The translations under genes and the position numbers were made by a program. A stretch of DNA of 53,416 bases, taken from an uncultured Candidatus Sumerlaeota bacterium (GTDB taxonomy: Bacteria > CAYMEV01). Location: contig CAYMEV010000024.1 in the NCBI GenBank assembly GCA_964389675.1, positions 1-53,416 of the forward strand. Direction: 5' to 3'. Positions 30,093 through 39,912 of the stretch are shown here, piece by piece; within the stretch, counting starts at the first letter, position 1, and each line of letters begins with the position of its first letter. The notes under the pieces were generated by a model. It searched no databases. It had not been told where the DNA came from and saw nothing but the letters and a program-made list of their open reading frames with translations.

Positions 30093-30471
30093 CAAAGAGG
30101 ATTTTTGCTTATTGCTTTCTCCGAATGTCTCCATGAAACCGTCCTGCCTGCACACGGATGCTACCGCGATATTATGTTTCTGCTGCTGTGAAATGTTCAG
30201 GCGGCGGATCGCATTGCCATGTTGTGAAAATACCCTGACTGAATAAAAAAAGTATTTTCCCCGTAAATTTGTTTTGTCCCTGCAATATTTTTATATTAAA
30301 CAGGAGCAATTATAAATGAATAAAGCTTCAACAATGGATGATATTAAAAAACGAGAGAGTCATGTTTGGGGATATTATTTAATGATATAGACAAGTTACT
30401 AAAATATATGGACTTATTTAAATCATATCATAAATTCAAGCAAATATCAATTATATATACTGGCGGGAGTT

Positions 30472-31425
30472 CTATTCAAATAATGCTTTTTCACTGGCTA
30501 TATTATATCCCTGGGCAAAGTCAAAAGCCTTCATGGCATTCTTTCCCTCGGGCTTTACCTGTTTGATAAGAAGCGCGGTGCCCTGCCCGCATTTCACGAT
30601 CACATCCCTTTCCTTTATAATAACAGTTCCGGGTTCTGCCTCTTCAGGAAAATTACAATCCGACAATTCCGATTTAAGGATCTGTAATCTTTTTTTGTTA
30701 AAAACGGTGTATGCAGGCAGATAACCTGTAAGCCCTCTTATCTTATTATGTATATCAACTGATTTATCCTCCCAGCTTATCCTGCATTCTGATTTGCTTA
30801 TCGGGAAGGCATAGGTTGAGAGCTCATCCTCCTGGGATTTTAGAGTGTAATTGCTCTCATGGATATTGAGGATCACATCCGGTATATATTCACCGCTTAT
30901 TAATGACAGCTTTTGGGAAAGCGATATATAATCATCATCAGGGTCTATATGCATTTTTTTCTGAAAAATAATCTTTCCTGAATCGAGTTTTTTATTCATC
31001 CTGAAAAAGCTTACCCCTGTCTGTGTCCTGCCTTCCATAAGAACCCGGTTGATTGGTGCAGCTCCCCTGTATTCAGGAAGAAGGGATGGATGGATATTGA
31101 TGCAGAAGAATTTCGGAAGCTTAAGCAGTCTTCCCGGTATCATCTTTGAATAGGAACAGACTACTATAAAATCCAGGTCAAGTTCTTTCAGCCTTGAGAT
31201 AAGTCTTTCATCCCTGAGATCATCTGCTTCAATTATATCATGCCCAAGCCTCTGTGTTTCGACCTTTACAGGAGTCGGTATCCTTTTGTTATTCCTGCCT
31301 GATATCCTGTCGCTCAGGGTGATCACGCACTTAAGCCTGATAAAGCTTTCTTTTGCCAGCCTTTTCAGTGGTATTACAGAAAAATCAGAGGATCCGATAT
31401 ATGCTGTATTAATTGTTCTGTTCAT
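30472..31425 (-). CDS. fmt: Methionyl-tRNA formyltransferase
   Basis: INIHPSLLPEYRGAAPI and LDSG. Downstream of and overlapping def. Confidence 0.96.
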   Translation of the reverse strand: MNRTINTAYIGSSDFSVIPLKRLAKESFIRLKCVITLSDRISGRNNKRIPTPVKVETQRLGHDIIEADDLRDERLISRLKELDLDFIVVCSYSKMIPGRLLKLPKFFCINIHPSLLPEYRGAAPINRVLMEGRTQTGVSFFRMNKKLDSGKIIFQKKMHIDPDDDYISLSQKLSLISGEYIPDVILNIHESNYTLKSQEDELSTYAFPISKSECRISWEDKSVDIHNKIRGLTGYLPAYTVFNKKRLQILKSELSDCNFPEEAEPGTVIIKERDVIVKCGQGTALLIKQVKPEGKNAMKAFDFAQGYNIASEKALFE

Positions 31426-31930
31426 CCGGCGGGAGGATTTTTCTAAGTTTTCTGAGTATGAAGGTCTTTTTCAGGCCCTTTATATAATCAATAAAAAGCA
31501 CTCCCCTCAGGTGATCTATCTCATGCTGAAGGACAATGCTCTTAAGCCCTTCGGCCTCTGTGATATGCTCCTTATTGTCCAGGTCCCTGTAGGAGACCTT
31601 GACCCACTCATATCTTTCAATGGTGCTTCTTATTCCTGGAACGCTCAGGCATCCTTCTTCGCTTTCAATCCTGTTCTGGCTGTGTTCAAGGACGACGGGG
31701 TTTATAAGGTACATTGCATCTTCTTCCTTTTCCCCGAAGGAAGGGTCAATTACAATCAGGTTTATATTCTTTGCGACCTGGGGTGCGGCAAGGCCGATAC
31801 CTATGTTTCTGTACATTGTTTCAAACATGTCATCGATAAGTTCCCAGGTACCGGGATCAGGATCAGCAATATCCCTGCTGTCATTCCGTAAAATTGGATT
31901 TCCGTAGGTTATAACCTCTAAAAGCGCCAT
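31409..31930 (-). CDS. def: Peptide deformylase
   Basis: GIGLAAPQV, EGCLSVP and QHEIDHL. Confidence 0.98.
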   Translation of the reverse strand: MALLEVITYGNPILRNDSRDIADPDPGTWELIDDMFETMYRNIGIGLAAPQVAKNINLIVIDPSFGEKEEDAMYLINPVVLEHSQNRIESEEGCLSVPGIRSTIERYEWVKVSYRDLDNKEHITEAEGLKSIVLQHEIDHLRGVLFIDYIKGLKKTFILRKLRKILPPDEQNN

Positions 31931-32007
31931 AGTAACATCTCCATAATAGCAATAAATAATTCTCTAATTATTTATACGATATATCAGATTTATGTTTGTT
32001 TTTTTTA

Positions 32008-32079
32008 AGCCGGTGAAGGGATTTGAACCCATGACCTGATAATTACGAATTACCTGCTCTACCCCTGAGCTACACCGGC
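32008..32079 (-). tRNA. tRNA-Thr(CGT), CCA not encoded
   Basis: Minus strand GCCGGTG-TA-GCTC AGGGGTA GAGC-A-GGTAA TT CGT AA TTATC-AGGTC-ATGGG TTCAAAT CCCTT-CACCGGC-T forms a cloverleaf with one U.U mismatch in the T-stem. Confidence 0.95.
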
Positions 32080-32117
32080 AATAATCTATCCGGGAGAAAC
32101 TGTTATCTGTTTTTCTC

Positions 32118-32393
32118 CTATTCATCCAGCCCGGCAATATCGGATTCCTTTGATATTACTCTGTAATAAAGAGGCCTTTCCTCCTTTTTAAGGTTTCTTG
32201 CAGGTATGTCAAGTACCTCCAGGATTATTGAAAAAGAACCCTTCTGTATCCTGATTTTATCCCCTTTCCTCGTCATATAGGATGCTTTGACCGGCCTTTC
32301 ATTTGAATAAATATGGCCATTATCCAGGAGGTCTTTTGCCACTGACCTTCTTTTTATTATTCCTGTTTCTTTCAGGAATTTATCTATTCTCAT
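32118..32393 (-). CDS. S4-domain RNA-binding protein (YabO/RqcP/Hsp15-like)
   Basis: MRIDKFLK..IIKRRSVAK...KAS...GDKI pattern, 91 aa. Confidence 0.85.
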   Translation of the reverse strand: MRIDKFLKETGIIKRRSVAKDLLDNGHIYSNERPVKASYMTRKGDKIRIQKGSFSIILEVLDIPARNLKKEERPLYYRVISKESDIAGLDE

Positions 32394-32395
32394 TT

Positions 32396-33271
32396 TTATT
32401 CCCCAAACTTCCTGTCAGTGATAACCTCATATATTGAACGGTATCTGTTGAATGCTTTTGCTATTACTTCCTCAGTAAGGTCAGGCGGAGGTGATTTTTT
32501 ATCCCAGCCGGTTGATTCAAGGAAGTCTCTTACTACCTGTTTATCATAGCTTTCCGGGCTGTTTCCGGATTCATAGTCCTCCTTTTTCCAGTACCTTGAG
32601 GAATCAGGGGTCAGTATCTCATCTGCAAGTATTATCTCATTATCCTGAATGCCGAATTCAAATTTTGTGTCAACCAGTATGAAACCCCTGCTGTCCAGAT
32701 GATGTTTGGCCTGAAGGAAGAGCCTGCAGCTTATATCCTTTATGTATCTGTAGTTATCCTCTCCAATCTCACGCATCACTTCTTCTGGCGTGACTGGTTC
32801 ATCCTTATGACTGCTTTTGGTTGTAGGCGTAAGGATCACTTCAGGCAGTTCAGAATTTTTTTCCAGACCTTCCGGGAGAGGTACTGGCAGATCTTCATAG
32901 GATTCTTTATACATCTTGTAATATGACCCTGTGAGATAACCCCTTACAATGAACTCAAAGGGGAGGATATCAACCTTCCTGACTATTACCGCCCTGTCCT
33001 CGAGATAAGCCTTCTCTTCACTGTCTATCAGTTCTGAGATGGAATCCATATCCGAAGATATTATATGTGTATGAACATAGCCCTTTACGAAATCAAACCA
33101 GAAAAGGCTCAGCAGATTAAGCAGTTTTCCCTTATCTGGTATTTTCTGGTTGAGGATATGATCAAACGCAGATATTCGGTCGGATGCGACGATCAGCAGT
33201 CTCTTTTCATCCAGTTCATATATGTCTCTTACCTTGCCGCTCCTTATGAGCCTGATATTTTTTAGTTTCAT
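32396..33271 (-). CDS. purC: SAICAR synthase
   Basis: SGKVRDIY, SDRISAFD, VRGYLTGS, DTKFEFG, DEILTPDSSRYW and DKQVVRD. Confidence 0.97.
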   Translation of the reverse strand: MKLKNIRLIRSGKVRDIYELDEKRLLIVASDRISAFDHILNQKIPDKGKLLNLLSLFWFDFVKGYVHTHIISSDMDSISELIDSEEKAYLEDRAVIVRKVDILPFEFIVRGYLTGSYYKMYKESYEDLPVPLPEGLEKNSELPEVILTPTTKSSHKDEPVTPEEVMREIGEDNYRYIKDISCRLFLQAKHHLDSRGFILVDTKFEFGIQDNEIILADEILTPDSSRYWKKEDYESGNSPESYDKQVVRDFLESTGWDKKSPPPDLTEEVIAKAFNRYRSIYEVITDRKFGE

Positions 33272-33562
33272 GCTCCTCTCCTTTATATAATATTCAGGTT
33301 TCTTAAAATGACAGCGGTTTAATTAATATATCAAATTTAATCGGATTGCAAAAAAATTCAAATGCCTGCTCTTTATTAAAAGCTGCCGGTATGCAATATG
33401 TCCTGCAGAGTCTTTTCAACTGGCTGCTAAGGTTCATCTTGTTCCATTTATCCATAAAAAAAGATCAATGGATCATTGCCCCTCTTTTTAAATTTTACAA
33501 AATGCCATATGGTTATAATATAGATCCTGAAATAGTTAAAAGGGATATTTAGGGATTTTGCC

Positions 33563-34513
33563 ATGGAAATACTGATCAACCCGAAGAATTTACCGGAAAG
33601 TATAAAAAGGACATCCATTACGATAGGCAATTTTGATGGCATACATCTGGGGCATCAGCTGCTTATAAGGAAGGTAGTCTCTCTTGCAGAATATAAAAAC
33701 AGCATGCCAGCCCTCATAACATTTGCACCGCACCCTCAGAAGAGCCTGGATCTGTCCAAAGCCCCGCTTCTCCTGACTCCGTTGAAGAAAAAGATACAGA
33801 TCCTTCAGGGTTTTTCCCTTAAGCTTATGGTGATTTTCGATTTCAACCATAGTTTTTCAAAACAGCCTCCTGAAATTTTTATCAGGGAGTACATATCACG
33901 GATTATCAGGGCAGAGGATATTGTAATAGGGGAGAACTTCAGGTTTGGCAGAAATGGTGCAGGCAATGTGGAAATGCTGAAAGGATTTGGCTTGAATTAT
34001 GGATTTGAAACCCATATAATGAAGAGCATAATGGATGAAGGAGAAATAATTTCCAGCACATTGATAAGGAAATGCATTAAAGCTGGTGATGTAATAAGGG
34101 CATGCAGGCTTTTAGGCAGATATTTCAGCATATCAGGGAAGGTACAGAAAGGCAAGGGGATTGGAAGCAGTCTTGGGTTCCCGACAGCAAACATACCTCT
34201 CCCGGAAGGCATAGTGCCAAAAAAGGGTGTATATATCACATTCTGCTCTACCGGCTCTGATTATTTCCCATCCATTACAAATATAGGGACAACACCAAGT
34301 GTATCAAACAGGCCGCTGACAATCGAAGTCCATATACTTAACAGGGATATCGATATATACAATGAGGATATAGAGATTTTCTTTCTTGAGAGGCTCAGGG
34401 ATGAAAATCACTATGAAAGCATTGAGAAACTTAAAACAGCAATTGGCAATGATGTAAATTATGCAAATCAATTTTTCCAGAGAGGAGATTTTATCTATAA
34501 TGATTTCTGTTGA
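33563..34513 (+). CDS. ribF: Bifunctional riboflavin kinase/FAD synthetase
   Basis: IGNFDGIHLGHQ, ISSTLIR, LGFPTAN, EVHIL and LRDE. Confidence 0.96.
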   Translation: MEILINPKNLPESIKRTSITIGNFDGIHLGHQLLIRKVVSLAEYKNSMPALITFAPHPQKSLDLSKAPLLLTPLKKKIQILQGFSLKLMVIFDFNHSFSKQPPEIFIREYISRIIRAEDIVIGENFRFGRNGAGNVEMLKGFGLNYGFETHIMKSIMDEGEIISSTLIRKCIKAGDVIRACRLLGRYFSISGKVQKGKGIGSSLGFPTANIPLPEGIVPKKGVYITFCSTGSDYFPSITNIGTTPSVSNRPLTIEVHILNRDIDIYNEDIEIFFLERLRDENHYESIEKLKTAIGNDVNYANQFFQRGDFIYNDFC

Positions 34514-34967
34514 TATCGCAATCGCATCTGACCATGGCGGGTATGAACTGAAAGAGGTTCTGAAGGAGTACCTGAAAAGCAATAATTATAATGTTAAGGA
34601 TTTTGGATGTCACAGCAGGGAATCAGTGGATTACCCGGAATATGCAGAAAAATGCTGTAACCATGTCCTTTCCGGCCGCGACTGCCTGGGTGTGCTTATC
34701 TGCGGGTCAGGAATCGGTATGAGCATTACAGCAAATAAGATAAAGGGAATAAGGGCTGCTTTGTGTACAAGCGAGTATCATGCAAGGCTGAGCAGAGAGC
34801 ATAATAATGCCAATGTCCTTTGCCTCGGCGCAAGATATACAGCCGGTGATTATGCTATGAGGATACTCGATGCCTTTCTGATATCAAAGTTTGAGGGAGG
34901 AAGGCACATTAAAAGGCTGAACAGGATAAAAGAAATAGAAACAAAAGGTTCTGGAAACTGTAAATAA
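34500..34967 (+). CDS. rpiB: Ribose-5-phosphate isomerase B
   Basis: ASDHGG, VDYP, CGSGIGM, HNNANVL and FEGGRH. Start more likely ATG 34500 (GAGGAG upstream) than 34461. Confidence 0.95.
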   Translation: MISVDIAIASDHGGYELKEVLKEYLKSNNYNVKDFGCHSRESVDYPEYAEKCCNHVLSGRDCLGVLICGSGIGMSITANKIKGIRAALCTSEYHARLSREHNNANVLCLGARYTAGDYAMRILDAFLISKFEGGRHIKRLNRIKEIETKGSGNCK

Positions 34968-34972
34968 AAATA

Positions 34973-34981
34973 TGTTATACT
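34973..34981 (+). promoter_or_regulatory. Putative extended -10 promoter for the CDF-SPFH operon
   Basis: TG-T-TATACT 27 nt upstream of ATG 35008. Confidence 0.4.
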
Positions 34982-35007
34982 CTTTTAAGGGGAATTAAGA
35001 TATAATT

Positions 35008-36759
35008 ATGCCGGAGAATCAGAAAAAAAAGGAACAGACAGCAGTAATATCAATAGTCGGCAATGTCCTTATAACTGCTGTGAAGTTCATTGCATTCTAT
35101 TTTACCTCAAGCATAGTTGTTCTGGCTGAGGCATGGCATTCCCTTACTGATATAATCACTTCATTCATGGTTTTCTATGCCCTTAAAAAGGACTGGAAAA
35201 AAAAAGAGGAAAAAACCCCTGAAGACAGCTTCCTGATGAACCTCCTGAATTCCAGCTACGAGATAAAAAGCTCCATACTGATTGGATGTTTTATCTTTAT
35301 GGTCGGATTTTCCCTGCTGATGAGGACCATCTTTGAAGAGCTTGAGATCGTTAAATATCCCCTTGAATCCGGGCTGTTCTTTCTTCTGTTTGCTTTTCTG
35401 TCTTATGTGATATACAAGTTTGAAACAAGGTCAGGAAAGGAGCTTAAGTCTCCCGGGCTTATTTCAGATGGCATGCACAGCAGATCAGATGCCCTTACAT
35501 CGCTTTTCGCCGGATTTTCTCTTATTCTTTATTACCTTGGCATGGATATTGAACGCCTGTCAGCTTCTGTTATCTCGATAATAATCATTGGATTTGGAAT
35601 TGAGGTGGTGATCAACTCACTCAGGGCTGTCAGTAAAAAGGAAGATATATTTGACCTTAAGATCAACCAGATGCTTTTTATCATTTTTACCAGGAGTTTC
35701 TGGATTAAGGTTGACAGCAGGTTCAACCTTAACCTGACCAGCTTTTTCTCCCGAAACAAAGAAAAGACAAAATGGTCAGTTATCATTCTTATACTCTGTA
35801 TATATTCAAGTACATCATTCTTTACTGTTAAGACCAACAGCAATGCTATTGTGGAAAGGTTCGGAAAATCAACAGAAACTGTATATGATGCCGGCCTGCA
35901 TATAAAACTGCCCTTCCCGATCGACAGGGTAAGGGTACTTGAGACCAGGTCAGTACAGAAGATAGATATAGGCAATGTGCTGAACACAAACAGTTTTGCC
36001 CTGCTCTGGACACAGGAGCATGGTTCTGATGAGCCTTTTATTTCCGGGGATAATAACCTTTTTTATCCGTATCTTACTATATATTACAATATATATGATT
36101 CAAGGGGATTTTTGTATTCTGCATCCAGCCCTGCTGAGATCTTTGTCGATATTGCTCAGTCGGTAATAACAGAATTGTTTTCAAAGTACAGCTTCTTTGA
36201 TATTGCAACCTACCAGAGAGCAGCCATTCCTGACACCATAGCCGAGATAATACAGAAACAGTGTGATGATCTAAATCTGGGGATCAGGATATTAAATATA
36301 ACGATCAATGATGTTCATCCGCCAATACCTATTGCCACATATTTTGAGGATGTCATAGCTGCCATTCAGGACAAGGAGATGATGATAAACCGAAGCATTG
36401 CATTCAGGAACCAGAAGATCCCTGAAGCGAGGTCAGAGGCGATCAGGGAGGTTGAAAATGCAAAAGCCTACAGCTTTAATAGGATTCGCACATCTGAGGG
36501 GCTTTCGGAAAGTTTCAGGCTGAAACTTATGGGGTACAGGAAATATTCTGACATACTGAGGAAATTCTATATATTTGCTGCCTTATCCAGAGCCTATTTG
36601 GATAAAAAGCTTTTTATAGTTGATGAAAGCCTTCCAATGCCTGATATCTGGAGATCTGACATAAAAGCGACAATATCAGCACCAGAGCTGGCATCGGAAA
36701 GCCAGGACTCAACAACGGGGAATTTTACTGAAGAAGAAAGAAAATTCCTTGATCAATAA
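35008..36759 (+). CDS. Fusion of a cation diffusion facilitator TM domain and an HflK-like SPFH domain
   Basis: CDF motifs NVLITAVKF, LAEAWHSLTD, YEIKSS and LISDGMHSRSD, then SPFH motifs FFTV...AIVERFGK...GLHIKLPFPIDRV, SGDNNL, DVHPP, FEDV and IPEARSEA. Confidence 0.88.
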   Translation: MPENQKKKEQTAVISIVGNVLITAVKFIAFYFTSSIVVLAEAWHSLTDIITSFMVFYALKKDWKKKEEKTPEDSFLMNLLNSSYEIKSSILIGCFIFMVGFSLLMRTIFEELEIVKYPLESGLFFLLFAFLSYVIYKFETRSGKELKSPGLISDGMHSRSDALTSLFAGFSLILYYLGMDIERLSASVISIIIIGFGIEVVINSLRAVSKKEDIFDLKINQMLFIIFTRSFWIKVDSRFNLNLTSFFSRNKEKTKWSVIILILCIYSSTSFFTVKTNSNAIVERFGKSTETVYDAGLHIKLPFPIDRVRVLETRSVQKIDIGNVLNTNSFALLWTQEHGSDEPFISGDNNLFYPYLTIYYNIYDSRGFLYSASSPAEIFVDIAQSVITELFSKYSFFDIATYQRAAIPDTIAEIIQKQCDDLNLGIRILNITINDVHPPIPIATYFEDVIAAIQDKEMMINRSIAFRNQKIPEARSEAIREVENAKAYSFNRIRTSEGLSESFRLKLMGYRKYSDILRKFYIFAALSRAYLDKKLFIVDESLPMPDIWRSDIKATISAPELASESQDSTTGNFTEEERKFLDQ

Positions 36760-36775
36760 TATGGAGATATAAGCT

Positions 36776-37648
36776 ATGAAAAAGGTTCTTATAGTTATTG
36801 TACTGTTAGCATTACTACTGTATTTTTCAGCTTTTATAAATCAGCAGGGCGAATATGCTGTAATTACGCAGTTCGGGAAGCCTGTAAGGATCATAAAGGA
36901 ACCGGGGATATATTTAAAACTGCCGGGATTTTTGAATACAGTCAACAGGTTTGATGCAAGAATGGATATCTTTAAGACAAATCCTGTACAGCTTCTTTTA
37001 GGTGATAAGAACCCCATTATAATCACTGCTTTTGTTGTATGGGCGATAGACGACCCCCTTCTTTTCTTTCAGGCAATAGGCTACAAGGATCTTGCAACCG
37101 GTAAGCTGAATGACATGATAAACAGTGAACTAAGTGAAAAATTGAGCTTTTACACACTGGATAATATAGTAAATACTGACAGGGAGAATGTGAAGATAAC
37201 AGAGATCGAGCAGAAGGTTACCTCATCCTCAAATTCCAAGACAGTCAAAAACTATGGAATTAAAATTATATCGGTAGGGATCAGGAGAATAAACTATCCA
37301 TCTATTGTTGCCGATGCTGTATATAACCGTATGAAAGCTGAAAGGGAGAAGGAAGCAAAAAGGGTAAGGGCAGAGGGGATTGAGGAAGCGACCAAAATAA
37401 AGGCAGAAACGGACAGGCTTGTATCTGATATTATTTCCCAGGCGAAGAAAGATGCGGAAATCATCAAGGGTGAAGGAGATTACCAGGCATCTCTTATAAT
37501 CGGGGAGGCATATTCAAAGGACAGGGAGTTCTTTGAACTGCTGAAGTCGCTTGAATCTATTGAAAAGGCAATTAATGAAAAATCAGTGCTGATTCTGTCT
37601 ACTGACAGTTTTCTGTTTAAGATACTTAAAGGCAGAGAAGAAAAATAG
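36776..37648 (+). CDS. hflC: HflC-like SPFH protein
   Basis: AVITQFGKP...EPGIYLKLP, VYNRMKAERE...RAEG, IIKGEGD and FFELLKSLE. Confidence 0.88.
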   Translation: MKKVLIVIVLLALLLYFSAFINQQGEYAVITQFGKPVRIIKEPGIYLKLPGFLNTVNRFDARMDIFKTNPVQLLLGDKNPIIITAFVVWAIDDPLLFFQAIGYKDLATGKLNDMINSELSEKLSFYTLDNIVNTDRENVKITEIEQKVTSSSNSKTVKNYGIKIISVGIRRINYPSIVADAVYNRMKAEREKEAKRVRAEGIEEATKIKAETDRLVSDIISQAKKDAEIIKGEGDYQASLIIGEAYSKDREFFELLKSLESIEKAINEKSVLILSTDSFLFKILKGREEK

Positions 37649-37651
37649 TAT

Positions 37652-38623
37652 ATGTACGGGGAATTCTTAAAAACCATAAAGGAAATGAGGAAATACCTCA
37701 AGTATTTAATCTGGGCAGGAGTCATTATATACTTTTTATCCGGTATATACACCATTTCACAGGATCAGGTCGGAATCCTCCTCAGGTTTGGGAAAATAAT
37801 AAATCCCAAGGTTAATCCCGGTTTCAACTACCATTTCCCGTATCCCTTTGAAAGGATCATCAAAGCCCCGATAAAGAGGATCAATACCATGGTAATTGAT
37901 GATTTTTCCGACAGTTACGAAGCAGAGTCAACTCCAAGGAAATTTTATGATATAACCGGGCTTGCTTCATATTGTGTAACCGGCGATAATAATATTGTCG
38001 GTATCTCCATGTCCATACAGTACAAGATTGGAAACCCTGCAAATTACTATTTTATGCAGAATTCACCTGAGCGGATCATATATGAGATAGCAGCTAATTC
38101 CATTATCAAGATACTGTCTCATTATGATGTTGACAGCATTCTTACAAGTGCAAAAAGGGATCTGGGCATATCGATCAGGAACCTGATGCAGGAGAGGCTG
38201 AATAGTATTGACTCCGGGGTAGACGTATATTTTATTGATATCAGCTATATCAGGCCGCCGGAGTCAGTGCAGTCATTCTTCGATGATGTGATCAATGCAA
38301 AGATAGAAAGAAAAAATATGCTTGATGAGGCTTTGTCATACAAAAACACGGAGCTTCTCAGAGCCAGCGGAGAAAAGGCAAGTATAACAGAGTCTGCAAA
38401 AGGCTATAAGACATCCGTCATCAATATCAACGAGGGGGAAGCTGACAGGTTTACAAAGCGTATTGAGGGCTTCAGAGGGTACCGGGAAATTATTATTTCT
38501 GATGTCTACCTTGAATATGCATTAAGGATATTCAATAAGGTCAGGAACCTGTACCTGATCGATCCCAAAGATGAATCCGGATCCTCCAGGCTCAGGTTCA
38601 TAATTGACAGTGATAATAATTGA
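37652..38623 (+). CDS. hflK: HflK-like SPFH protein
   Basis: SGIYTI...GILLRFGK...PGFNYHFPYPFE, VTGDNNIV, RPPESVQSFFDDV and EGEADRF. Confidence 0.85.
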   Translation: MYGEFLKTIKEMRKYLKYLIWAGVIIYFLSGIYTISQDQVGILLRFGKIINPKVNPGFNYHFPYPFERIIKAPIKRINTMVIDDFSDSYEAESTPRKFYDITGLASYCVTGDNNIVGISMSIQYKIGNPANYYFMQNSPERIIYEIAANSIIKILSHYDVDSILTSAKRDLGISIRNLMQERLNSIDSGVDVYFIDISYIRPPESVQSFFDDVINAKIERKNMLDEALSYKNTELLRASGEKASITESAKGYKTSVININEGEADRFTKRIEGFRGYREIIISDVYLEYALRIFNKVRNLYLIDPKDESGSSRLRFIIDSDNN

Positions 38624-38676
38624 CTTTGAATGACAAATTAATAAAATTTAGATAGCTGGTTTCAAGGGAGATTGGT

Positions 38677-39870
38677 ATGTACAGAATCAGAGAATCGCTT
38701 AATAAAGAGCTTGCAAATATAAAGGATACTGGCCTGTTCAAGGAGGAAAGGGTCATTACATCCCCGCAGGGGCCTGTAATAAAAGTAAAGGGAGGCAAAG
38801 AGGTCCTTAATTTTTGTGCAAGCAATTACCTTGGCCTTTCTAACAATAAGGAACTGCTTGATGCAGCAAGGGAAGGCCTGGCAAAGCATGGCTTCGGGCT
38901 GGGTTCAGTCAGGTTTATCTGCGGTACACAGGATATTCATCTAAAGCTGGAAAAAGCAATAAGCCAATTCCTTGGAACTGATGACACCATATTGTATACA
39001 AGCTGTTATGATGCAAATGGAGGCCTTTTTGAGACTCTTATGGGTTCGGATGATGCTGTAATAAGCGATCAGCTTAACCATGCCTCTATAATCGATGGTA
39101 TAAGGCTTTGTAAAGCCAAGAGGTACAGGTATATACACAGTGACATGCCGGACCTTGAAAAATGCCTTATGGATGCAGACAGGGAAGGGGCTGTTGTTAA
39201 AATGATCACAACAGACGGGGTTTTCAGCATGGATGGAGCCATTGCCAAACTGGATGAAATATGTGACCTGGCTGACAGGTATAATGCCCTTGTAATGGTA
39301 GATGATTCTCATGCAACTGGCTTTGTAGGCAAAACAGGCAGGGGTACAATAGAGTACAATAATGTCATGGACAGGGTCGATATAATAACTTCAACACTCG
39401 GGAAAGCTCTGGGTGGTGCTGCAGGCGGATTTACCAGCGGAAGGAAAGAAATAATAAAGATACTCAGGCAAAAAAGCAGGCCTTACCTGTTTTCAAATTC
39501 CATACCCCCGGCTTTGGTATATGCAGGGCTTAAGACATTCGAGATCCTGTCAAAAAGCACCGAGCTGAGGGACAGGCTTGAAGAGAATACCAGGTATTTC
39601 AGGCTGGAGATGACCAGAAAGGGCTTTGATATAAAGCCGGGTATCCACCCTATTGTTCCGATAATGCTCTATGATGCCAAGTTGAGCCAGAATTTTGCCC
39701 GTGAGCTTCTCAATGAGGGGATCTATGTTATCGGGTTCTTCTACCCGGTTGTCCCGAAGGGCACGGCACGGATCAGGGTTCAGATATCAGCCACCCACAC
39801 AAGGGAGCATCTGGATAAGGCAATTGAATCGTTTACAAAAATAGGGAAAAAATACAGGATTATTCACTGA
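38677..39870 (+). CDS. kbl: Glycine C-acetyltransferase (2-amino-3-ketobutyrate CoA ligase)
   Basis: [40 protein letters not shown] (PLP Lys) and [11 protein letters not shown]. Confidence 0.97.
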   Translation: MYRIRESLNKELANIKDTGLFKEERVITSPQGPVIKVKGGKEVLNFCASNYLGLSNNKELLDAAREGLAKHGFGLGSVRFICGTQDIHLKLEKAISQFLGTDDTILYTSCYDANGGLFETLMGSDDAVISDQLNHASIIDGIRLCKAKRYRYIHSDMPDLEKCLMDADREGAVVKMITTDGVFSMDGAIAKLDEICDLADRYNALVMVDDSHATGFVGKTGRGTIEYNNVMDRVDIITSTLGKALGGAAGGFTSGRKEIIKILRQKSRPYLFSNSIPPALVYAGLKTFEILSKSTELRDRLEENTRYFRLEMTRKGFDIKPGIHPIVPIMLYDAKLSQNFARELLNEGIYVIGFFYPVVPKGTARIRVQISATHTREHLDKAIESFTKIGKKYRIIH

Positions 39871-39912
39871 AATCAGATATTTGAGATTAAAAGGATTATT
39901 TGGCAAAAAATT

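Noticed and set aside
30316-30430. Small ORF with AGGAG RBS (MNKASTMDDIKKRESHV...) at the islet edge
   Set aside because: It is only 24 codons, possibly a frameshifted relic, with no recognisable homology to support a call.
31286-31891. 201-aa plus-strand ORF, and similar shadow ORFs such as 29601-30155, 27474-28028 and 17260-17736
   Set aside because: They are antisense to well-supported conserved genes, with no motifs or RBS.
32008-32079. tRNA-Thr as the integration site of the nearby islet
   Set aside because: No duplicated tRNA 3' end or integrase was seen. The 8-nt match ccggtgaa at ~26553 lies within the fmt-derived repeat.
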